Source of the DNA: Styela clava
Lineage: Eukaryota
DNA length: 64,000 nt
Reading direction: 5' to 3'
Assembly: GCF_964204865.1 (NCBI RefSeq)
Contig: NC_135251.1
Coordinates: forward strand, 14,136,001-14,200,000
Below the pieces are notes generated by a model that saw only the letters and a program-made list of their open reading frames with translations, did not search any database and was not told the origin of the DNA. Positions 13,935 through 64,000 of the stretch are shown here, one piece after another; the first letter of the stretch is position 1; every line of letters starts with the position of its first letter. A program made the translations under genes and the position numbers.

Positions 13935-16900
13935 ATGTTAGATAACAGACTAAAATATGTTGTGGGTGTCATTCAGGTTTCATGTAAACACTGGCCTGTT
14001 ACGGCTCCGACCACCATTAAGCATCTAAATATCAAATATCAAATTCCTTCCTATCCTAATAATGTTGTGTTAAAACTTATATTAATCAAATTTGTTCTTA
14101 TTTGTAATTTAACAGACTTAACTACAAAACAGATGCCGCATACATCTCATAATGATAATATATATTGCTCCACACCACTACCTGTCAGCCATGGAACTTT
14201 TAAATGCTGCTCTGATCCACAGCGTAAGTTTTGTGTGTGAAATTTGACTTTTTTGGCGAAACAAGTCGGTACTGTCTCTTGTAACTTTTCTCAAATCATT
14301 ATTGTATGAACAACGAATTATTGTTCATGCCATTGCTACTAGGCGCAAATCAACTGTAATGTTGTAAGCTAATATTTCAGAAGGGATTTTTCTAGTTTGA
14401 TAAAACCTTTCCATTCATCTAAGTATGGATTTTGATTTACCATATGCTATAAAGTCTCGCACATTAGAATAGTATAAAAAAGCAACAGGATAAATTAGTG
14501 AACATTTGGAGTTTGGCCTTCGATCTATACCACACAATGGCAAATTGCGTCCACCCAATAACATTTTCTATGTTGTCCATTTTTGTTGTTGTGACTACTT
14601 TTTTTTTTGGTTGACGAAACAATAAATCCCTCTCTTTCCCTCAGTGACAGAAACTCATGCTACTCCAGATCCAAAGTACTGTTGTCCTGTTCATGGATTA
14701 GTTGAGTTTGTTTGTGATCCCGGGTTTCAAGTGAAAGGTGAAGCTACGCAATGGATTTGTGGAACTAACGGACAATGGGTATCTATCGATTCTCCTCAAC
14801 TTGGATCACCTTCACCTCCCACATGTTACAGTAAGTTGCAATGAAGAGTGTTAGATTGGTGAATAAAAATGGAAATGCAATTCTGTAACATAGTGAAATA
14901 TGATATAAAGTTTCAGATTTGTTACTAATAGTCTACATGTTTATGACTCTTTTTCATGCCCCTCGCTATCGCGCCCTTGATTTTATTTCTTGTCCGGATT
15001 TCTTTGGAAACTGTTCAATATTATGGAATTCAGAATCGATTTTCATTTCATTATACATAAATACCAAATTATTCAAAACTGTATAGTACAGTAATATTTT
15101 CTAATAAAATTATAATTTTTTTTTAAAGAAATTTTTAGTATATGATTCTGTATTTGACTAATCTAATCATAGACACATCTACGAGTAAAGCTGAAACATG
15201 GCATTATTACCGAATTAACCAACTTTTCAGGTAACATGACTCGTCCTGAACCAAGTCCATTGCCAGATGATATGTTGAAACCGGTGATAGGTACAGCTGC
15301 TGGTGTATTGGTTATATTGTCTGCTGTAATTCTTATTGCTTTCTGTCGACCTAAAATAAAGGATATGAAAAGAAGATGGAGGGAACTTAGAGAAGATGAA
15401 GTAAGATATTGACCTACTTTGTTCGATATAATAAATTGGTAGCAAGTCTCACATTTCAAATATCCATATTATGATTTATTGTTTCGATTCCATGGAATAT
15501 TCAATATGAATGGTAAAACTTGTAATCCCAATCAGAACACATTTTATTGGTATACCTTTTTTGCTGCATCCATTCCCTTAAAATTTAACAAGTTCAGGAA
15601 AAATAAGTTTGTTATATGTTGAAAGCAGCAAGATTTTTGTTACAATATGTCTATATCACAACTTTTCTATTTATTTTTTATCAGGATGAACTAATCATAG
15701 ATGGTCGTCGAATCATATTACCAAGTTACGAGGAGGCTGTAACATCACATGATTCTTATATGCAAATATCTGAACACGAACAAAGCACATCCAGTGCATA
15801 TTACCAGCCTGATATTCCAGGTCCATCTTACCCCCGTGATACAAGGACAGACTCGGTTGATGATACTTCTTTGATATTACATCCCCATCCTAATACATCT
15901 AGGAGTCATGCTCGAGACTCTTCCAGTTCAGATGAAGAATTGTTGGTTCCTGCATCCACTGAGACTCTTTGTGAAAATTTATCAGAATCTCGAGAACAAG
16001 TTTCAGATTTGAATAATAGATTATCGCAATCTCTAGTGATAACTGCTGGAACCTCAGCTGATTCTTTTGTGTTGATCAACCAAACACCACATAATCCATT
16101 ATCTGAAAATTGTGACCTAATCACAAATTTTGATAATAAACACGGAGTGACTTCACGTAAAGATTACCAAACTAGAGACCCATTATTGAATTCTGTGCCT
16201 GGGGAACACTTATTCACAAATTCCGCTCGGTGCAAACAGAATTCTGACTCGGAAACTGAAGCGAATTTTGATTCTATTCACCCTCAAACAATCATGATTA
16301 AACAAAATCGAAACCAAACCAGGTCAAATTTTATTGATGGACAACACCACCTCCTTTCATATCCTCTGGTAATAAAAGATGAAAATCATGATATTCACAA
16401 CCAAGGAGAAAGTATTTCTATCACCATTGATGCACAAAATCTATGTAACCATGGTCCTGATAATCCATCAACCCAAACTGTTACGGAAGAACCTAAATCT
16501 ACTGAAACAAATGACGAAAGTAGGTGAATTTTTTTCATATGACGAATTTATATGCCTTTTTTCCAAGCGAGTCTTTGCACAAATAGCCACTGATAAGTAA
16601 GGAGCAACTGGTATAGTTTTGAATAGACTGGATACTTTTAGGTTCTGCATCGCCAACCCAAGTTATTACATCCTGTGTAAAATGATAGGCATCGGATTTG
16701 AACCCAAGATTTTAATCACTTGGTAAATGCCTCGTGAAATAAAAAGCTTTGCTTGATTTATAGGGAACAAAATGGAAAGTCAAGACAGCTTAATATGGAG
16801 AGTCTTTTTGTTTGCCTGGTTAAAGATGATAGGTTCGAAGCCTATGCGCCTCATCTCACCCAGAGTGCAATAAAATTAGCCTTCTATATATTTGTTGCTG

Positions 16901-17249
16901 CTTGGCTCGGAGGTGTAAAACACAAAAATAGATGTTCTATATTTCGTATTATATAGGTGCCATTTGATTCTTCCATTTTCTGGTCCTTCCCAAATTATTT
17001 TCCTATTAAATCATCAAGATCTCAATTTACAATGCTGACATAGTTTGTAGAGTAGAACTGCTCATTTTCCTAGTGATCACAGAGAAAGTGAGAACAGTTT
17101 CAACAACAAAAACGTTTTCATGTCACACCTTCCTATTCTCAGAGTCGTCATCAACATTACAAAATTCTAATCATATTGTTATGTCATCACAAAATCTTGA
17201 CAAACAACGCCTTGATATTTCTGATGAGACTGGATCAACTGCTGTTTAA
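13935..17249 (+). CDS. SUSD6: Sushi (CCP) domain single-pass membrane protein, SUSD6/SUSD4 family (~551 aa)
   Basis: Exons 13935(or acceptor at 14116)-14223, 14645-14830, 15231-15400, 15685-16519, 17074-17249 join in frame via GT-AG introns. They encode one sushi domain (C..HG..C..EFVCDPGFQVKG..C..GQW..PTC), a TM helix (VIGTAAGVLVILSAVILIAFC) followed by a basic stop-transfer, and LIIDGRRIILPSYEEAV, which matches the xDGxxxxLPSYEEAV signature of SUSD6/SUSD4. The true start codon and the last splice donor are uncertain. Confidence 0.8.
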
Positions 17250-17813
17250 GGAAGTGGAAAGATTGCCTTATAGAAGTATAATGTGCTAACCAACCACTAG
17301 TTATATTTTGTGTAAAAAACACTAGCTTCGATTTTGCTTTTTTGTATTCCTAGCAATTTAATACATTTGGTTATGTTAGGTAATTTCAAGAAATTAGTAT
17401 ATCAATGTATATTTGGGTTATTGTTACATTGCTTATTTGAATATGACTAAGATAATCCTTATAGTACTGAACTACTAATACTGAAAGGATTTATTCTTAT
17501 TTAGCTAAATTGCCTTTCAAGCACTTTTTTTTTTTTTGGTTTCTGTCCCACAACAAAGCTTAGCATTTTTTGTTATGATATAAGTGCTCAAATCTGCTGT
17601 AGATCGTTTTATTTTATGTCTCAAATAGATCGTGATGTATTCCATTGTTACATCAAAATAGTAGCATTGATTTATAATTCTTTTTACATACCTATATTTT
17701 AACTCCCAAATCCTGAATGTGTAACTTTTATGAGATATGTTTGGAAATGGTTTTTGATTGTATGGTAATGCGTGATCAATTTATAGTACTGTTATAGGTC
17801 TTATTAAAACTTC

Positions 17814-18049
17814 GGGGCTCCCGAAGTATGCGAACCAAGATGGCGGTCATCAGTATGTAATATGTGTACTAGGTTGGGGTTAGGCCATAATTTTAGGTAT
17901 AAATACTACGGGAGGCTGTTGGCTAGTCTTCGAACTGATAATAGGACTAAAATAAGGAAAATTGGAAAAAAATTATCGCCTAACACTAACCTGTTACCCA
18001 TGTTATGTTCCGATGTCCGCCATCTGGGTTCGCATACTTCGGGAGCACC
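17814..18049. mobile_element. MITE family M2 in the putative SUSD6 3'UTR
   Basis: TIRs GG(G/T)GCTCCCGAAGTATGCGAACC..AGATGGCGG; 8-bp TSD AAAACTTC on both sides. Confidence 0.85.
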
Positions 18050-19224
18050 AAAACTTCTAGCATAATAAATATAGACCTTAGGTTGCTTTAAACATATTGT
18101 AACTAAAATACAAGCCAGTCTGGAATCTTGATATCAATATTCAGAAATTGTATTTAGAATGAAATTAGAACTATTTAAGATTTTGTGTAATCAAATTTAC
18201 TGTTGTTCTCTGTCGTTGAATAAGGAACCTTCCTTTCAGCTAACTTTTTCTCCTGTAGGGTTCAAAAAATAAGGTTTGTTTTTTCTTACCTGAATTCTTT
18301 GTGTATGACAAATGATTTGTTTTTGTATTTCATACCTTGTTCATAAAAGAACTTATGTTTTTGCCTTTGCTTGACCATTACTTCCTCATGATGGCTACTT
18401 TCTATGAACTTGAACTTCGATTGATATTGAGTTTGTGAGATTATCATTTGCAGTAATATTGTCCTGTTTCATGTTTGTTGCTGTGTTGTACTTAATTATC
18501 ATGTTCCCATATTTCCTTTATTTTAATTTTTTGATGGTGTTAAATCCTGACTGTCTTCTTTGCATGCAGCTTAAAAATTGCCTCTCCACAAAATGCCCGA
18601 ACGCGCCTCGAAGACTAGTTGTTAATATTACTAATGAAATTTATATGGTGTTTTTCTGGCTAGCCCATTCGATTATAAAAGAATGCTGCGTATAGACGTC
18701 TGAATAGCATCAATATGACGTTTGATTAGCAATTTCCCCTAACCATTTTTTTAACAATGAATATCTCCTCTTTTGCTACTGTTCATCTCCTTTTACTCTT
18801 GTTGAGTTTTATGTTCCGTATATATATACCGGTCTCCACGCATTATGTGTTGCTGTATTATTTTTATTCACTGTGATGTGTTGATTTTGTTTTGTAGTGG
18901 ATCGACCAATTTGTTATTCTAATTTGATTTTATATCTGTATTTTACTGTCGTATCGCATGCACGATTTATTTACTAATGCTCTGTCGAATAAAATTTGTC
19001 AGAATGCAAAGCTATTTTTTGCAAGGGTTTTACATTACCATTCCCCCAGGCTGAGAAGCGATGTGCTAGTTTATATATATCGGAATATTGATCAATAATG
19101 GCTTGTTGACCAACATGTTAGAAATTGCATTCTTTAATGTCTCCAGGGAAGCTAATGAGACCTATTATGTGGAACTATGGTATCTCTCACGGGACCCATG
19201 CAAGTCTTTCAACTAGTGCTAGAC

Positions 19225-20228
19225 CAGGCCTGCACAACATACGGCCCGCGGGCCGCGTGTGGCCCGCTAGATACTTCTGTGCGGCCCGCGGGTGATTCGG
19301 AAACAAATCTTTGTTATTGTTATTTTTGTTACATTGTTATTTATGCAAGCGCGCCGCTACTCCGATCATATTAGAAATCGTGAGATTTATGTTTTGCACT
19401 AGTTTCAATAAATATCGAACTTGGTGTGAAATTGGTGTGCCCTTCGCGACCATTAAAATTCGTCGCTCGACCTCTAGCCCCCTAGCCCAACCAAGTTTGG
19501 GGAAACCCTGGTATTCAAGCTGAATCACGCTCAAAATAATATCGGTATACAATCTCACACCCATTAGTGCATATTAGCAACCTATTAATAATCCCACTAT
19601 TTTTTACTAGCAGTTTATGAAACTGAAGTTTCGTTTTCAAATTTAGAACTTAAAAAACAATTTTTTCATTCATGAATGCTGCAGAAATTCTCGCACAAAA
19701 GTTATTGCTATTGACTGTAAAACTTCGAAATTTTGGAGCAGATTTTGTAGAAAAATGTAATTTAACAGTCGAAAAAGTACAACAGAGGAAGATCTATCGC
19801 TACTAAACGGATTGTTTGTCCAGCCTGAAATGGAAATATCTAAAAATATTAGATATGACTGAATATCTATATGTGGGACGATTTTACAAAACTGAACCTG
19901 AGTAAAATATTTTCCTGCAGTCAGTTTATACTGCAACACGCAATACCTAATTCTAATAAAAAAAAAATATTGAAAATGAAGGGTGGGTTTTCAAGGTGAG
20001 ATGAACCAGGACCACTAAAGGTGAACCACTAAATACTCAAGAAAATGAGATTCTTCCTATTTTTAAGCTTTCCAGTAATGAAAGTGTTTCATCAAATTTA
20101 CCTGTTTCACAATATTATTTTGATTTGAAGTTCATCTTGTGAAATATGTATGTGGCAAAGTTTGCGGCCCGCCGGGCCTTCAGATTTATGCTTGCGGCCC
20201 TCGTGGTAATTTGAGTTGTGCAGGCCTG
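19225..20228. mobile_element. Non-autonomous hAT (Buster/Charlie-type) element, 1004 bp
   Basis: Perfect 14-bp TIR CAGGCCTGCACAAC, subterminal GGCCCGC motifs, perfect 8-bp TSD TGCTAGAC (NNNTANNN). No transposase ORF. Confidence 0.92.
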
Positions 20229-20705
20229 TGCTAGACAGTTAGAATGATAGATGCCATAAAGGAGATATTTGAACCATTGTAGGTCTTCGGAAAGTCTATT
20301 AATCCCTGGATGGGATTGGAGCTTAAATGTGGCAGTGCCATGTCAAGTTTGTTCATACCGTTTGGAGTAGTATTACGTCAGCCTAGCCGTGAAGATTTTG
20401 TAAATTTGGTAAATGTAATTCGGAAAAGCGTAGAAAGCTTCTATATCTATACTAATCAATTGGCATTGAACCTTCAACTTTTTTGTAACAATTGTCAAAT
20501 TTGCAATTGTACAATGTGTTTACTGAGTATAAATTGTCAGAGATGCTTTTAAGAACAAATAAAATAGGTTAAATACATAGATGCTTGAAAACTAAACGAT
20601 TTCAAAATAAATGCTGCTTTCCAGCAAAGCGTGTTGAGTTGATCTTAATCGTGCAGATCGGGTATCATCACACTTGTTCGGACTGATAGCAACTCCGTCT
20701 TTTCG

Positions 20706-42818
<22,113 letters not shown>

Positions 42819-43268
42819 TTTCTTTTGCATGTGTTTCTGAATAATAGGAAAATAAAAATCTTCTTAAAATATCAATATAGCCAAATCCATTTCCTTCATA
42901 GTATGCATTCAGGGGAAATGCATCCACAAATGCGGAAAATGCCATTTTCATAGTAATTGCTCGGCAACGTCTCCTGATTACTGATCTTTCCAATTGAAAA
43001 CCGGAGACAAGTACATCCCAGATTTTTGTATCATGCAAATGTTGCTGCTCATATGATTTCACATAAGTATAAAATGTAGTCATTTTTATTATACAGATTT
43101 ACTCAATGCACCAGCGTTCATTAGGCTAAGAAAAACCTTAACCAAAAGCATAGGTGCGATCATCTCAAAAGTCACGATTTTATGTTTGTGATCATCAGCG
43201 CTTTGTGAGGAAAAGTTGCTCATGGAATGCCACGAAACAGCAGTTGCGGAGGAATAAAAAACTAACGG

Positions 43269-43392
43269 CAGAATTTTCGGTGCCACTCCGGTATGCGTTT
43301 AATCACATAATATCATTCTCATATAATTCAGAATCTATCTCTACTAAAATTACTGAGATCGCATACCGAAGTAGCACCGAATTTTCTTCTGC
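43269..43392. repeat. Short inverted repeat, probable MITE remnant
   Basis: TTCGGTGCCACTCCGGTATGCG pairs with CGCATACCGAAGTAGCACCGAA. Confidence 0.6.
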
Positions 43393-45220
43393 GCTATCGC
43401 TGTGTTTATATTATGGAAATCGTTGTCTGGTAAAGAAAGGGCTGCAGGTACAAAGCAGAGAATCTATTTTAGTGAGACAATGCAACAAGAAAGTCACGTA
43501 TGGCCGAATCACACTTTCTTTATGTTGTTGTATTCGGCCTGGCAAGCTGAGAGAAATGACGTGAGTTTACGTAGAAAAACATCAGTAATGAGATTTTCCC
43601 TGTAGGCTACATTTGTTGCTGTCTTGCGCTCCTCTTTTATACCTACACTCAGTTGGTAAGCGAGTAGATTTGGCACTCCATTTTAACGTACCAAGAGAGA
43701 TTAAAATTTTCTTTCTTAAATTCAAATACGCAACTCTCACTAGATTTATAACCTACCGTTGCAGACATACTTACGCACAACCTCGGATCGACTTGCACCA
43801 AGGGAAATTAATTACTCTTCCTAAACTCTGCCACCGACCTCTATTACAGAGCCGACATGGCCTGAGAAGCCCACATTCTTTACTTGTACAATTCAGAGAC
43901 TGCAGCGATAGAACAAATCTTATGTTTGCGAAGCTTGATCAAAGTTTTGCGATCGTTTTGAACAAAAATATTTGAATCAAGTTTTTGAAATGTCTAACTC
44001 TATATAACGAAACTGCTTAGACATTTCCGATGTTATACATAGCTCGATATATTATAACAGTTATCACGGTTATCAAATCATCGGTTGACTATTCGAGACA
44101 GAAACCAACCTGTTCATTGATCAGTAACTCGAGTCGAGGTAATCTGTCATTTTTGTAATTTTAACACTGCTTGCATTATCTGCATTAATTAGAGCAAAAT
44201 TTTAAGAAAAACGTTGAACTATAAATCTATAATTGTTTATTCAGAAAATTCAAGTTCTGATATTCATGATGGTCAACATTTATTCTCGTGTTTTAATTAA
44301 TTGAAGCTCCAATTTCACCTCTACACTCTCGACAATATTATAGCATTTCACATTAACATATATATATATGAACTTACCCTACCTTCCCATGCATACCGGC
44401 GTCTCGCGGTCGTCTTCTATCTAACTTAGTCTATTATTGGACGTAATCGACGTGGAACTGAACTAGTGACCTTTTTATATTTTACGTATATCTTGTGTTT
44501 TTTAGGTCAGACGGTCATCCTTGACCGCTTCGCGAACATGTACAGACAGCGTTGAAACGGGACGACTACCTTTAAATGGTTTGATGATTGAAAAGCCATG
44601 GATAGGCATACTTCTGGTCATCAGTAAGACCATATACTAGCATCGCTGTATTTACTCCACTTACAGCGAGTTATGTATCCTCAACATAGGTCCAATTATT
44701 TTTCAATTTTTTTTTTATTCTACGCGTGACAACGACGAGCCACCATCACGCAATACAAATTACAATGGTATAATATATTATCAGATTGCGAACAAAGAAC
44801 ACATTTAATTCAAATAGCTTTCTCTATGATAATTCATGCTATCAAACGTAATGTTGCAAGTGCTCCAGAATGATATTTTTCTGCGCAAGTAGTCTGATGG
44901 TACTGCGCAATGGCGCATCTTAGAGGGAATCTTGGCCATAGGGCTTCAAACGGCCGCACACTTGACCGTAATATTTGACAACCAACAAGTTCTGATATCC
45001 CCGGCACATAATTATGGGTGAGTGTATGTAGTGACGTTTATATATAGAATTATATAATATTATTCAGAGCGAGAGGTAAAATTAGAGCGTCAATTAATAG
45101 AAACATGAATATAAATGTTAAACATTATACTTTGTGTAAATTGGATTGATTTGATGAAATTGAATTAGCGCCACCTAATGTGACCAACGTGGCACCATCG
45201 CCGAGCGATGAGCGCTGAAG

Positions 45221-45943
45221 TAGAGATGTACCGATGTATCGGTATCGACAATATCGGCCAATTTTTCGGTATCGTTAGTGCATCGGTATCGGCTAAATGT
45301 GGACCGATATTTCCGATATATTTATCTTCTCGACATGATCCAGAATGTTTTAAAAAATAGGTTAGAATATGATCTTGAAATTATTTTTTGCTTAGATAAA
45401 TCGTGAACTATGAGCCATGCACGTCCCCACCACCCCCGCTAGTAGAAACGGGAATCGAATTCTGACTTGGTTTTAGCCATTTATCAGCCAAACTGGCTCA
45501 ATCAATTGAGTAATTTCGCTGCAAAATTGTTATGTTGAAATTTTCATTACATGGTATTTATGAAATATTACATGGTAATTATGAAGAAATATATCAATCG
45601 AATATTAGTGAATTTTCCGACGTGTAAGATATAAAATACGACGGTATATTGGCACAAAATCTTGCACACGTAACTCAATGTATCAGTTTCATACGATATG
45701 TAGGCTAAGCATTTATTTATTTTACCACCAACAGTAGTCAAATCCTATTAGTTTTCTAATTGAACACCAAGATTACTAGCGCCAGTGCCCAATGCATCTG
45801 AATCAATTAACGCATTCGGATCCCAAACATCAATTTCCCAATATAGATATATATGTAATCGGCCTTTTACAAATATCGGTATCGGCGTTTCTAGCTGGTA
45901 TAGGATCGGTATCGGCGAAAGAAGTGGTATCGGTACATCTATA
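45221..45943. mobile_element. Ac-like hAT non-autonomous element in the intergenic spacer
   Basis: TIR TAGAGATGTACCGAT / ATCGGTACATCTATA, clustered subterminal ATCGG(T/C) motifs at both ends, TSD CGCTGAAG/ATCTGAAG. Confidence 0.8.
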
Positions 45944-47498
45944 ATCTGAAGATGTTAATCTATTGGGAAAGCGAGGGTTTTATTTGGTTAGCGTGCATCA
46001 AGATTGCTACATCTTGCATCTCGTTTTAGTATTGCAGTAACGTTTAAACTAATAAAAGCCTAGTAAACGGTCTAAATGAGTTTTCCTCGAATGGTTTCAC
46101 TATATTGAATATCCAGACTTTATTTTTCATTGGCCATTATAGTCTTATTTCAATGTTTTTCTTTAAAAGTTGCTCTCATTTATGTACTAAATCACTAATA
46201 AAAATACAAAAATGACAGATTGCCTCGAGTTACATATCAATAAACAGATTTGTTTATCCGTCTCGAACACTCAACCGATAATTTGTTAACTGGATAACTG
46301 CTGGAATGTTGGCCTATCGTGAGCGGTCTCTGATTTGCACTTGTAAGCGACGTCAGCTCTGTAAATGCAGAGTTTTGGATGAGATCGCCCGGAGCAAGTC
46401 GATCCGAGATTTTTACGTAAATATGTCTGCAACGTTAGTAATTATTGATAATTATTAAGCCGTAATTATTGAGAAGTGCAAGAACGGAGAGTCGCGTGTT
46501 TTATTTCAGAAATAAAATTTTAAATCGGTCATTGATTTACAAAGCTCGACTCTAAAGCTTGGAAATATCTCGACGTGTGCTCGCGTCACTATTCTCATCA
46601 TACCAGACGGAATACAACACCAGAAACAAAGTATTTATTATTCGTCCATAATTGACTCGCTTGTTAATAGCCTCATTATATCAGACCCTTCTACTAGTAC
46701 CCGCAGCACAATAAGTTGTAGTATTCGGCATTCCAACGACTCGCAGCTTTGCCTTTGGGTAAGATTTTTCTCCTCTGAGTGAACCCTGGCGCATTGGGGA
46801 AATACATTTAAAAACACGCTAACGTTTTGAAAACTGAAATTGGAAAATATATACTATCAAGGACTCAAAACTATTACTTTCGAAGCAAGATTTAATTTTT
46901 GTTAATTAGTTCGTTTGATCATTCATTATAGTCATATTCTCTATACCCTGAGATTAAATATAGAAATTTCATGGTGAAAGAGAGTCGACATTGCTGGCTT
47001 ATGCAATTAAAGACAGTCTAGTGAAGTCCACGTCAGGCCGTGTGATCCACCACTACATTTTATCTTTTTATGTGAAATCATATGAGCAGCAACATTTGTA
47101 AAATCTGGGATGTAGCCCACTTGTCTCGAGTTTATATAAGTACTTTGTAACCTAGGTAAAACAGAATTCCTACCTGACAGACAATATGACAAACCTGTCG
47201 CCGGTAAACTGTCAGGATACGTTACGCAGCAATTACTATACAAATGGCCTTTAACCGCATTGTTGACTGGATTTCCCCTGAATGCATACTATGAAAGAAG
47301 AATTATCAATAAACCGCCGAATGGAGTACTGACACCACAATCGGAATGATAACCCTGCTCAAAGTTTCACACTCAATGACCAAATTCAATATTTTTGTTT
47401 GATTAAAAGTTCTTGTCACGAGGTGATGGTATTTGGATATGTTGATATTTCAAAGAGATTTTTATTTTCTTCTTTTTCAGAAACACAAGCAAAAGAAA

Positions 47499-63886
<16,388 letters not shown>

Positions 63887-64000
63887 GTAAGCTAAATATT
63901 AACATATGCAATGGTTTGTTATAGTTGTTGTCCAACGTAGGGTGTACCCCATATATTATTATACGATCCCTTTTCATCTTTATCAATTTCAAACACTAAC

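Overview
AT-rich, intron-rich eukaryotic (animal) genomic DNA. An invertebrate chordate, probably an ascidian, is inferred from the repeat content and the mosaic CpG pattern but is not proven. Three protein-coding genes can be built by hand from GT-AG splice sites. (1) A + strand single-sushi type-I membrane protein of the SUSD6/SUSD4 family with an LPSYEEAV motif (13935-17249). (2) A complete 29-exon ABCC4/MRP4-like ABC transporter on the - strand (42818->20706, about 1370 aa). (3) Its head-to-head inverted duplicate on the + strand (47499 to beyond the window end; 27 exons visible). Every shared exon has the same length in both copies except exon 3, where the + copy has one extra base: a frameshift, either real or an assembly error. 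Comparing paralogous introns exposes many post-duplication insertions: hAT-, MULE- and Tc1-type MITEs with target-site duplications (TSDs), and two Helentron-like (HINE/DINE-1 architecture) families. The most unusual structure is a ~5.8-kb nested palindromic insertion in intron 13 of the - copy: decayed outer TIRs, two inverted in-phase arrays of a 178-bp satellite, and a core packed with HINE copies. Both transporters also carry PKA-consensus sites at positions analogous to the CFTR regulatory insertion and R region. No prokaryotic systems, CRISPR arrays, tRNA or rRNA genes were seen.
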